Origin: Bacteroidota bacterium
Lineage (GTDB): Bacteria; Bacteroidota; Rhodothermia; JANXDC01
Assembly (NCBI GenBank): GCA_025998875.1
Contig: AP024675.1
Span: 821,589 to 885,588 of the forward strand
DNA: 64,000 nucleotides
Direction: 5' to 3'
A model generated the notes under the pieces. It worked only from the letters and a program-made list of their open reading frames with translations. It was not told the origin of the DNA and did not search any database. Positions within the stretch are counted from its first letter, which is position 1, and each line of letters opens with the position of its first letter. The translations under genes were made by a program, and so were the position numbers. Below are positions 56,682 to 64,000 of this stretch, piece by piece.

Positions 56682-57935
56682 TCAGGGCTCAAAACGCTTC
56701 AGCGCCAGCGTGGCATTATGCCCCCCGAAGCCAAAGGTGTTGCTGAGCGCCACGCGCACATCGCGCACCTCCGGCCCCCGGGTGGTGTAGTTGAGGTCAC
56801 ACTCCGGATCCGGGGTCGTGTAGTTGATCGTGGGCGGGATTGCGCTGTGGTAGATGGCCAGCACCGTGGCGATGGCCTCCACGGCCCCAGCCGCGCCCAG
56901 AAGGTGGCCGATCATGGACTTCGTAGAGCTGATATTGAGCCGATAGGCATGCTCGCCGAAGACCCTTTTGATGGCCCGCGTCTCGATCTCATCGTTGAAC
57001 GGGGTTGAAGTGCCGTGGGCGTTGATGTAGTCCACCTCCTCCGGTGCCAACCCGGCGTCCTCCAGGGCGGCTTGCATGGCGCGGGCCGCGCCCTCCCCGG
57101 AAGGATCGGGAGCGGTGATGTGGTACGCATCGGCGGAATAGCCCACCCCCACTACCTCGGCATAAATACGCGCCCCCCGGCGCATGGCATGCCCGAGCTC
57201 TTCGAGCACGAGCGCGCCGGCACCCTCACCGAGCACAAAACCATCCCGCGTGGCGTCAAAAGGCCGGCTGGCTGTCTCCGGACTCTCGTTGCGCGTGGAG
57301 AGCGCCTTCATCGCATTGAACCCGGCCACGCCCAGCTCGCAGATAGCCGCCTCCGCCCCTCCGGAGATCATAACATCGGCATACCCCAACTGGATGAGCC
57401 GAAAAGCCTCTCCGATGTTGTGCGTGGCCGTGGCGCAGGCCGAAATGGCCCCGTAATTGGGCCCCTTAAAGCCATAGCGAATCGAGATCTGTCCGGGAGC
57501 GATGTCCGGAATTAGCATGGGGATGAAGAAGGGACTGATCCGGTGGGGCCCTTCCTCAAGCAGCACCCGCGCCTGCTGGGTGAAGACCTGGATACCCCCG
57601 ATCCCGGAACCAAAAACCACCCCGACCCGGGTTTTATCCAGCCCGCGATATTCCAGCAGTCCCGCATCCCGGAGGGCCTCCTCGGCGCTTACGAGCGCAT
57701 ACTGACAGAAAGGGTCTAGCCTACGGGCCGTCTTCCGATCGAAATACGCCAGCGGGTCGAAGCCTTTCAACTCGCAGGCAAAGCGCGTATCATATCCGGA
57801 GGCATCAAAGTACGTAATGGGCCCCGCGCCACTGCGCCCCTCAAGCATGCCCCTCCAGAAATCAGGAACGCTCAGGCCGATCGGCGTGAGCGCTCCCATA
57901 CCGGTTACGACAACCCTTCGTCGCGAAAGAGCCAT
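56682..57935 (-). CDS. fabF: 3-oxoacyl-ACP synthase II
   Basis: RRVVVTGMG, SACAT, NAHGTST, KSMIGHLLGAAG, NTFGFGGHN. Confidence 0.97.
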   Translation of the reverse strand: MALSRRRVVVTGMGALTPIGLSVPDFWRGMLEGRSGAGPITYFDASGYDTRFACELKGFDPLAYFDRKTARRLDPFCQYALVSAEEALRDAGLLEYRGLDKTRVGVVFGSGIGGIQVFTQQARVLLEEGPHRISPFFIPMLIPDIAPGQISIRYGFKGPNYGAISACATATHNIGEAFRLIQLGYADVMISGGAEAAICELGVAGFNAMKALSTRNESPETASRPFDATRDGFVLGEGAGALVLEELGHAMRRGARIYAEVVGVGYSADAYHITAPDPSGEGAARAMQAALEDAGLAPEEVDYINAHGTSTPFNDEIETRAIKRVFGEHAYRLNISSTKSMIGHLLGAAGAVEAIATVLAIYHSAIPPTINYTTPDPECDLNYTTRGPEVRDVRVALSNTFGFGGHNATLALKRFEP

Positions 57936-57944
57936 AGAAAGGCG

Positions 57945-58184
57945 TCAGCTCAGGTTCAGTTTCTGCTTCAGATAGGCGATCGCATCGCCCACAGTGGCGA
58001 TCTTTTCGGCTTCTTCGTCCGGAATGGTAATACCGAACTGCTTTTCAAACTCCATGATCAGCTCAACCGTATCGAGGGAATCCGCCCCCAGATCATTGGT
58101 AAAGCTGGCCTCGGGGCGGATTTCGCTCTCATCGACCCCGAGCTTGTCGACGATGATCTGCTTGACTTTGGCTTCCAGATCCAT
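57945..58184 (-). CDS. acpP: Acyl carrier protein
   Basis: [26 protein letters not shown]. Confidence 0.97.
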   Translation of the reverse strand: MDLEAKVKQIIVDKLGVDESEIRPEASFTNDLGADSLDTVELIMEFEKQFGITIPDEEAEKIATVGDAIAYLKQKLNLS

Positions 58185-58250
58185 AACCCATACCCTCCTG
58201 TTTAAGGTGACAGCGGACGAAAGTACAAACTCCATGGAACGGCTCGCAAA

Positions 58251-59006
58251 CTACATGGCCATGCCGCCATCGACCTGGATAACCTGCCCCGTAATATAGC
58301 GGGCCGCCTCGGAAGCGAGGAAAACAACCACATCGGCCACCTCTTCCGGCTGCCCAGTCCGCTTCAGGGGCACAAGCTCCAGCATGGCCTGCCGGGTCGC
58401 CTCCGGCAGCAGGCGCGTCATATCGGTCTCGATAAACCCCGGGGCCACCACGTTGGCCGTAATCCCCCGAGAACCCACCTCCTTGGCCACCGATCGGGTA
58501 AAGCCGATGATCCCGGCCTTGGCCGCCGCGTAATTGGCCTGCCCCGGATTTCCCGTCAACCCCACAACGGAGGAGAGATTAATGATGCGTCCCCAGCGCT
58601 GGCTCATCATGGGACGCAACGCGGCCCGGGTGAAGTAATAAACGCTATCGAGGTTTGTGCGAAGCACCGCATGCCAATCTTCTTCGCGCATACGCACCAG
58701 AAGGCCATCGCGGGTAATGCCGGCGTTGTTGACCAACACATCGAGCCGACCCCATTCCCGAAGCACGTGCTCGACCACAGAAGGAGCGTGGTTCGGATCG
58801 GCGGCATCTCCCTGATAGAGGAGCACACGCCGACCCCGAGCGCGCACGGCCTCGGCTACCGACTCGGCCTCCTGCGCGGCGCTACGAAACGTAAAGGCCA
58901 CATCGGCTCCGGCCTCGGCCAGCGCCAACACAATGGCCCTTCCGATCCCGCGCGATCCCCCCGTGACGAGAGCCACCCGACCCTGCAGCGAAAACCGTTC
59001 GCCCAT
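58251..59006 (-). CDS. fabG: 3-oxoacyl-ACP reductase
   Basis: TGGSRGIG, NNAGITRD, YAAAK, VAPGFIETDMT, VDGGM. Confidence 0.96.
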   Translation of the reverse strand: MGERFSLQGRVALVTGGSRGIGRAIVLALAEAGADVAFTFRSAAQEAESVAEAVRARGRRVLLYQGDAADPNHAPSVVEHVLREWGRLDVLVNNAGITRDGLLVRMREEDWHAVLRTNLDSVYYFTRAALRPMMSQRWGRIINLSSVVGLTGNPGQANYAAAKAGIIGFTRSVAKEVGSRGITANVVAPGFIETDMTRLLPEATRQAMLELVPLKRTGQPEEVADVVVFLASEAARYITGQVIQVDGGMAM

Positions 59007-59016
59007 AGCTTTCCCC

Positions 59017-59946
59017 TCAGCTACGCACCGCCTCCAGCCAGGCGCGCACCTGCTCAGCCGTATCCAGCCCGAACACCTGGGCGTTCGGCACCGTCCGGCG
59101 CACCAGCCCCTGAAGCACACTTCCCGGGCCCACTTCTACGAAGCGTTCGGCCCCGTCTGCGGCCATATGGCGCACACTCTGCGCCCACCGAACAGGTGCC
59201 GTCAATTGCTCCAAAAGCAAAGCCCGAATTTCCTCGGGGTCCTGCGTGGGTCGAGCGGTCACGTTCAGGTAGACCGGACAGATAGGCCTACGCAGGGAGA
59301 CACGCCCCAGCGCCTCGGCCAGCCCCTCACGCGCATGCCGCATGAGGGGAGAGTGAAACGCCCCGCTTACGGCCAGTTCCCGAACCAGCCTGGCCCCCCG
59401 GGCGCGGGCCAGCTCCATGGCCCGCCGGACCCCCTCAATAGAACCCGATATGACCACCTGACCGGGCGCGTTGAAGTTAGCCGGCCGCACCAGCCCCGCC
59501 TCCGCCTCCGCTTCCTGACAGAGCGCCTCCACAGCCTCCTCGTCCAGGCCGATCACGGCGGCCATAGTTCCCGGTTCCCGCTCCCCGGCCTGCTGCATCA
59601 ATTCCCCCCGCAGGCGCACCAGGCGCACCCCGTCGACAAAGTCCAACGCCTCAGCGGCCACAAGAGCCGTATATTCCCCCAAGCTGTGGCCCGCCACCAT
59701 GTCCGGACGCTCCCCGGCAAGACAGGCCCACACGGCCATGCTGTGCACAAAAATAGCTGGCTGGGTATAGGCCGTCTGCCGCAGACGCTCCTCCGGACCC
59801 GAAAAGAGCACCTCCGAAAGGGGGAAACCCAGAATGCGATCGGCTTCTTCAATACGCGCCCTGGCCTCCGGGAAGGCTTCATAGAGGGAGCGGGCCATAC
59901 CCACATACTGAGAACCCTGACCGGGAAAAAGAAACGCCGTCGCCAT
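59017..59946 (-). CDS. fabD: Malonyl-CoA-ACP transacylase
   Basis: FPGQGSQ, TQPAI, GHSLGEY, SGAFHS, EVGPG. Confidence 0.97.
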   Translation of the reverse strand: MATAFLFPGQGSQYVGMARSLYEAFPEARARIEEADRILGFPLSEVLFSGPEERLRQTAYTQPAIFVHSMAVWACLAGERPDMVAGHSLGEYTALVAAEALDFVDGVRLVRLRGELMQQAGEREPGTMAAVIGLDEEAVEALCQEAEAEAGLVRPANFNAPGQVVISGSIEGVRRAMELARARGARLVRELAVSGAFHSPLMRHAREGLAEALGRVSLRRPICPVYLNVTARPTQDPEEIRALLLEQLTAPVRWAQSVRHMAADGAERFVEVGPGSVLQGLVRRTVPNAQVFGLDTAEQVRAWLEAVRS

Positions 59947-59958
59947 ACCCCCTCCGAG

Positions 59959-60999
59959 TCAGGAAGCGGAAAGCTGCGCCTCGGACTCCATCCCGAACCC
60001 GACCCGGGTCCCGTCGTAGGCCCATCGAAGGTATATCGCCCCCCAGGTATACCCGGCTCCGAAGGAGGCCAGAATCAGATTGTCTCCCCGCTTGAGCCTG
60101 GCCTCCCAGTCGTATAGACAGAGCGGGATCGTGGCCGCCGTGGTGTTTCCATAGCGATCGATGTTGACCATCACCTTTTCCCGGCCGATCCCCATGCGGC
60201 GCGCCGTGGCCTCGATGATGCGCCAGTTGGCCTGATGGGGCACCAGGTAAGCCACATCTTCTCCCGAAAGCCCATTGCGGGCCATGATCTCGGCGGCCAC
60301 ATCGGCCATTCCCTCCACGGCCCGCTTAAAAACCGTCGGGCCATCCTGATAGAGAAAATGCATCTTGGCGTCGATCGTCTTGTACGAGGGGGGATTTAAG
60401 CTACCCCCGCCCGGCATACAGAGCGCCTCCGCTCCGGATCCGTCGCAGTATAGACACATGTCCATAATCCCCACTTCGGAATCCAGTGCGGGCTCCAGAA
60501 GCACGGCGCCTGCCGCATCCCCAAAGAGCACACAGGTGCGCCGGTCCGTGTAGTCCGTGATGGCGCTCATCTTGTCGGCCCCAATGACGAGCACTTTCTG
60601 GTGCTGTCCGGAGGCGATAAACTGCGCTCCTGTGGCCAGAGCAAACAGAAACCCACTGCAGGCGGCCGACAGATCAAACCCCCAGGCCCGCCTGGCGCCA
60701 ATGTCACGCTGCACCAAACAGGCGGTGGCGGGAAAGAACATGTCCGGAGTCACCGTGGCCACGATGATCAGATCGATCTCCTCGGGCTCTATGCCCCGCT
60801 TCTGCAACACCTCTTGAGCCGCCCGGGCAGCCATATAGGAGGTCGCCTTAGTGGGATCGCGCAGAATGCGACGCTCTCGGATTCCGGTGCGGACCCGAAT
60901 CCACTCATCCGAGGTATCGACCATCTGCTCCAGATCCTGGTTCGTGAGCCGATCCTCCGGCAGGAAGTGGCCCACGGCCGTAATGGCCGCCCGTATCAT
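59959..60999 (-). CDS. fabH: 3-oxoacyl-ACP synthase III
   Basis: [32 protein letters not shown]. Confidence 0.96.
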   Translation of the reverse strand: MIRAAITAVGHFLPEDRLTNQDLEQMVDTSDEWIRVRTGIRERRILRDPTKATSYMAARAAQEVLQKRGIEPEEIDLIIVATVTPDMFFPATACLVQRDIGARRAWGFDLSAACSGFLFALATGAQFIASGQHQKVLVIGADKMSAITDYTDRRTCVLFGDAAGAVLLEPALDSEVGIMDMCLYCDGSGAEALCMPGGGSLNPPSYKTIDAKMHFLYQDGPTVFKRAVEGMADVAAEIMARNGLSGEDVAYLVPHQANWRIIEATARRMGIGREKVMVNIDRYGNTTAATIPLCLYDWEARLKRGDNLILASFGAGYTWGAIYLRWAYDGTRVGFGMESEAQLSAS

Positions 61000-61027
61000 A
61001 ATAGCGCCTCCTCCACCTTGACGGGCT

Positions 61028-62041
61028 CTACGAGGATACACCGAGGGCGCGCAACGCCTCGGCGATGTGCCGGTTTACTTCCAGGCGCACCATCTCCTCC
61101 GCCCTCCAGAGCATACGGCAGATGGCCCGCGCCGTGGAACGGCCATGCCCGATAATCACCACCCCATTTACACCCAGCAGAGGCACCCCGCCATAATGCT
61201 CATAATCAAACAGGGCGCGCAACTCGCCCAGAATCGCCCCGAGGCCACCAAGGGTCTCCCCGCCAAGGGAGCGCGCATCCAGACGGATGCGCACCAGGCG
61301 CTCGAGCACCTCGGCGAAGGATTCCCCGAACTTGAGCACCACATTACCCACAAACCCGTCACAGACGATCACATCAGCCCGATTCTGGAGCAGATCGCCC
61401 CCCTCGACATTGCCCACAAAACGCAAACCCGGGTCGCGCCCGAGCAGCGCGTACGCCTGCTTGCTGAGCTCGTTGCCCTTGGAGGCCTCTTCGCCGATAT
61501 TGAGCAAGGCAACCCGGGGATTTGCCCGCCCCAGGATGCGCTCCACAAAAATCCGACCCATGTGGGCGAACTGCACCAGATGCTCCGGCCGACAGTCCAC
61601 ATTAGCCCCGACATCGAGCAAAAAGGAGAACCCCTCAGGACCGGGCAGGTAGGCCCCGATGCTGGGACGAGCCACCCCCTCGATGCGGCCCAACACGAAA
61701 AGCGAGGCGGCCATGACCGCCCCCGTATTGCCCGCGCTCACGAAGGCATCGGCCTCCCCCCGAGCATGCAGAGTAAGCCCGACCACGATCGAGCTGCGCG
61801 CCTTGGCCTTGACCGCCGCCGCGGGCCCCTCCTCCATGCCGATCACCTCTGGAGCATCGACAATCCGCAACGGCAAATCTCCCCCGCCCAGCCGATCCAC
61901 CTCGGCCCGCAACAGGGACTCCGGACCCACCAGGATCAGCTCCCGAATGCGCCCGGGCGCTTCGCGCAAGGCCTCTATGGCACCCGCAACGGTCACCCGG
62001 GGAGCATGATCCCCACCCATGGCGTCAAGGGCGATGCGCAT
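61028..62041 (-). CDS. plsX: Phosphate acyltransferase PlsX
   Basis: [44 protein letters not shown]. Alternative GTG start at 62050. Confidence 0.96.
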   Translation of the reverse strand: MRIALDAMGGDHAPRVTVAGAIEALREAPGRIRELILVGPESLLRAEVDRLGGGDLPLRIVDAPEVIGMEEGPAAAVKAKARSSIVVGLTLHARGEADAFVSAGNTGAVMAASLFVLGRIEGVARPSIGAYLPGPEGFSFLLDVGANVDCRPEHLVQFAHMGRIFVERILGRANPRVALLNIGEEASKGNELSKQAYALLGRDPGLRFVGNVEGGDLLQNRADVIVCDGFVGNVVLKFGESFAEVLERLVRIRLDARSLGGETLGGLGAILGELRALFDYEHYGGVPLLGVNGVVIIGHGRSTARAICRMLWRAEEMVRLEVNRHIAEALRALGVSS

Positions 62042-62056
62042 GCCCAACACCTTCCG

Positions 62057-62245
62057 CTAAGCCGAACGGACGGGGCTCAGAATCTGGCGACCGCGATAGA
62101 AACCACAATTTCGACAGACGCGATGACGCTCCTTGGGCTCACCGCAGTTCGGACAGGACTCAACGTGATGCGGCATAGCCAGCTTGTAGTGCGTACGCCG
62201 CTTGTCCCGACGAGACTTAGAATGCTTCCGTTTGGGATTGGCCAT
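62057..62245 (-). CDS. rpmF: 50S ribosomal protein L32 (zinc-ribbon form)
   Basis: [19 protein letters not shown]...CPNC...[10 protein letters not shown]. Confidence 0.97.
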   Translation of the reverse strand: MANPKRKHSKSRRDKRRTHYKLAMPHHVESCPNCGEPKERHRVCRNCGFYRGRQILSPVRSA

Positions 62246-62257
62246 ATGCGATGCTCC

Positions 62258-62734
62258 CTATCTTCCGATGCCTATCACCTCACGGGGACAACCCGATCGA
62301 TGGGGCTCCAGGTTCAGATTCACCCCACACTCTGGACACAACCCCCGGCAGTCCTCATGACAGAGCTGCTTAAGAGGGAGGGAAAGCAACACCGTCTGCC
62401 GAACGTCGTCGGTTACGTCCAGTTCCCGATCGCCAGCCCGCAGGAGCCGGAACTCCTCGGCAGGTAGGCGGGCAGGCTCTTCCGGGGCGAAGAAAATGGA
62501 GTACGCCCCCACCAGCCGCTCCGTATACACCTCCAGACACCGATCGCAGCAGAGCTCTGCCTCCGCCGCCGTTTCAAAGAGCACCAGGTACTGACGCCCC
62601 CGACGCTCGATTTGAATTTCGATCTCCACCTGCCCGCGAAAAGGGCTTTCGACCAGCTCCAGCTCCCCGACGGAATGCGCCAGGCGCATCCGGTGCCAGC
62701 CCTCGGACAGATGCACAATCGGAATACGCACCAT
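62258..62734 (-). CDS. yceD: YceD/DUF177 family protein
   Basis: CDRCL and LCHEDCRGLCPECG motifs; canonical position upstream of rpmF. Confidence 0.9.
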   Translation of the reverse strand: MVRIPIVHLSEGWHRMRLAHSVGELELVESPFRGQVEIEIQIERRGRQYLVLFETAAEAELCCDRCLEVYTERLVGAYSIFFAPEEPARLPAEEFRLLRAGDRELDVTDDVRQTVLLSLPLKQLCHEDCRGLCPECGVNLNLEPHRSGCPREVIGIGR

Positions 62735-62789
62735 GCCTGCCACACACGTAGGGCACAAAGTTAGAAACCCACCCCCAAAGACACAAGGT

Positions 62790-63060
62790 GCGTTTTTCAC
62801 AATCTTCCCCTTGACGAAAGCCCTTCCCCACCGTAGGTTTGGGTGTTCCCTGTACCCGGATTGTGGATAACTTGTGCACAAAACACCCCCTCGCTGCATG
62901 CAGCAGGGGAAGACGTGATCTTTCGTGACTTGCCCGAACAGAAATCCACCTTATGATTCATTTATGCGACATAAATGAGCCATTTATTGAGCAAGGTGCG
63001 ATCGAAAATCCTGTTCGAGGAAACGCGTAGGCTGGAGGCTGTGGACAACTTATCCACACA
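62790..63060. other. Probable replication origin / dnaA autoregulatory region with DnaA boxes
   Basis: Perfect boxes TGTGGATAA (62862-62870) and TTATCCACA (63050-63058); near-matches TGTGGACAA (63040-63048), TTGTGCACA (62872-62880), TTTTTCACA (62793-62801); AT-rich core; gene orientation flips here. Confidence 0.7.
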
Positions 63061-63088
63061 GGGCGATCTCGGGGGACGACCGGAGGGT

Positions 63089-64000
63089 ATGGTCGCCGGT
63101 GGGCTTACGGGTCCGGAGGCGTGGGCTCGCTGCCTGGAGCTGATTCGGGACAATTTGGCTATGCGGGCCTTCAAGACTTGGTTTGAGCCCATCAAGGCCA
63201 CGGGGCTGGTGTGGGAATCCGGGGCGCCGGTTCTCGTGCTGAGCTTGCCCTCGAACTTTTACATCGAATGGATCGAGGAGCATTATGGCAGGCTGCTGTG
63301 GGCCGCCGTGCGCGAGGTGCTGGGTTCCGAGGCTCGGGTACGATACCAGGTAACCCTGGAACACCAGGATAATGAGATCCTGCTCCCCCCTTCCTCCCCC
63401 TCGCCCCGCCCCTCGGAATGGGCCTTTTCCGTCCCGCCTCGCCCTCCTGTAGCAGGCCCGCTGCCTCACCCCATGGTGGTACCCGGATTGCTGCCGCAGT
63501 CTTTTGAGAGCCGGCTTGAACCGACCTATCGATTCGAGAACTTCATCGAGGGGGACTGCAACAAGCTGGCCCGCAGCGCGGCGTGGGCTATCGCACAGAA
63601 CCCGGGCAAGACCTCGTTTAACCCTTTTCTGGTCTACGGCGGGGTGGGGCTTGGCAAAACCCACCTTATTCAAGCCATCGGCAACGAGGTAAAGCGCCGT
63701 CAGCCCAACCTCCGGGTACTTTACGTATCCAGCGAAACGTTCACGAACGAGTTCGTCGCCGCCATCCAGCACAATCGGATCAGCGAGTTTTCCCGGTTCT
63801 ATCGGGAGATCGATCTGCTCATCGTCGATGATGTGCAGTTCTTCGCCGGAAAAGAGCGCACGCAGGAGGAGTTCTTCCACATCTTCAACGCGCTTCGGCA
63901 GAACCAGCGTCAGATCGTGCTCTCCTCCGATCGCCCTCCCCGGGATTTACAGGGCCTGACTGATCGCCTCCTGTCCCGTTTCAGCTGTGGGCTCAGCGTG
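63089..64000 (+). CDS. dnaA: Chromosomal replication initiator DnaA, 5' part (runs off the window)
   Basis: Read by hand from ATG 63089 (GGAGG RBS): FKTWFEPI, YRFENFIEGDCN, FNPFLVYGGVGLGKTHL, LLIVDDVQF, QEEFFHIFN, SDRPP. Absent from the ORF track because it has no stop in the window. Confidence 0.97.
   Translation, partial: MVAGGLTGPEAWARCLELIRDNLAMRAFKTWFEPIKATGLVWESGAPVLVLSLPSNFYIEWIEEHYGRLLWAAVREVLGSEARVRYQVTLEHQDNEILLPPSSPSPRPSEWAFSVPPRPPVAGPLPHPMVVPGLLPQSFESRLEPTYRFENFIEGDCNKLARSAAWAIAQNPGKTSFNPFLVYGGVGLGKTHLIQAIGNEVKRRQPNLRVLYVSSETFTNEFVAAIQHNRISEFSRFYREIDLLIVDDVQFFAGKERTQEEFFHIFNALRQNQRQIVLSSDRPPRDLQGLTDRLLSRFSCGLSV

Noticed and set aside
33515..62467. Other long opposite-strand ORFs (e.g. 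33515-35005, 36606-37799, 38947-40005, 58933-60117, 61067-62467)
   Set aside because: Antisense shadows of well-supported housekeeping genes.
63050..63880. 276-aa minus-strand ORF at the right end
   Set aside because: Antisense to dnaA, which is clearly encoded on the + strand from 63089.
1..64000. CRISPR arrays, IS elements, prophage, rRNA, defence systems
   Set aside because: No regularly spaced repeats, transposase, integrase or phage motifs, or rRNA-like sequence seen; almost all DNA is explained by intact genes.

Overview
High-GC chromosomal core window from a bacterium that looks like a Rhodothermota or basal Bacteroidota/FCB-group member. This is inferred from the acpP-fabF-rnc order, a dcw cluster without murF/ddl, futalosine-pathway mqnD, TAnnTTTG-like promoter elements and GGAGG Shine-Dalgarno sites. 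Left to right: the 3' end of an aldehyde dehydrogenase; tRNA-Arg(ACG); two tandem multi-PAS hybrid histidine kinases; a minus-strand run (zincin-PD40-Omp85 protein, BamB-like lipoprotein, hypothetical, Gfo/Idh/MocA-like, CCA-adding enzyme, deoxynucleoside kinase, putative porin); tdk-nupC-PAP2; a cold-shock gene; ahcY; a Tat-exported Fe/Mn SOD; GT2; a second Omp85-like gene head-to-head with mutY-maf; a 2OG oxygenase; arsC-miaA-MOT1; rpiB-like; then a cytochrome c/beta-barrel fusion heading a run with an MBL hydrolase, menG/ubiE, an OMP, mqnD and an amidohydrolase. After that come pruA, an uncharacterised Rossmann protein, the dcw cluster (mraZ to ftsZ), gcvPB, rnc, the fatty-acid cluster (yceD-rpmF-plsX-fabH-fabD-fabG-acpP-fabF), a DnaA-box region (probable oriC) and the 5' part of dnaA. 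No mobile elements, prophage or CRISPR were seen. The best novelty candidates are the monoheme cytochrome c fused to a ~12-strand outer-membrane barrel next to menaquinone genes, and the protease-propeller-Omp85 protein paired with a BamB-like lipoprotein. All calls come from motif recognition by eye; no database searches were run.
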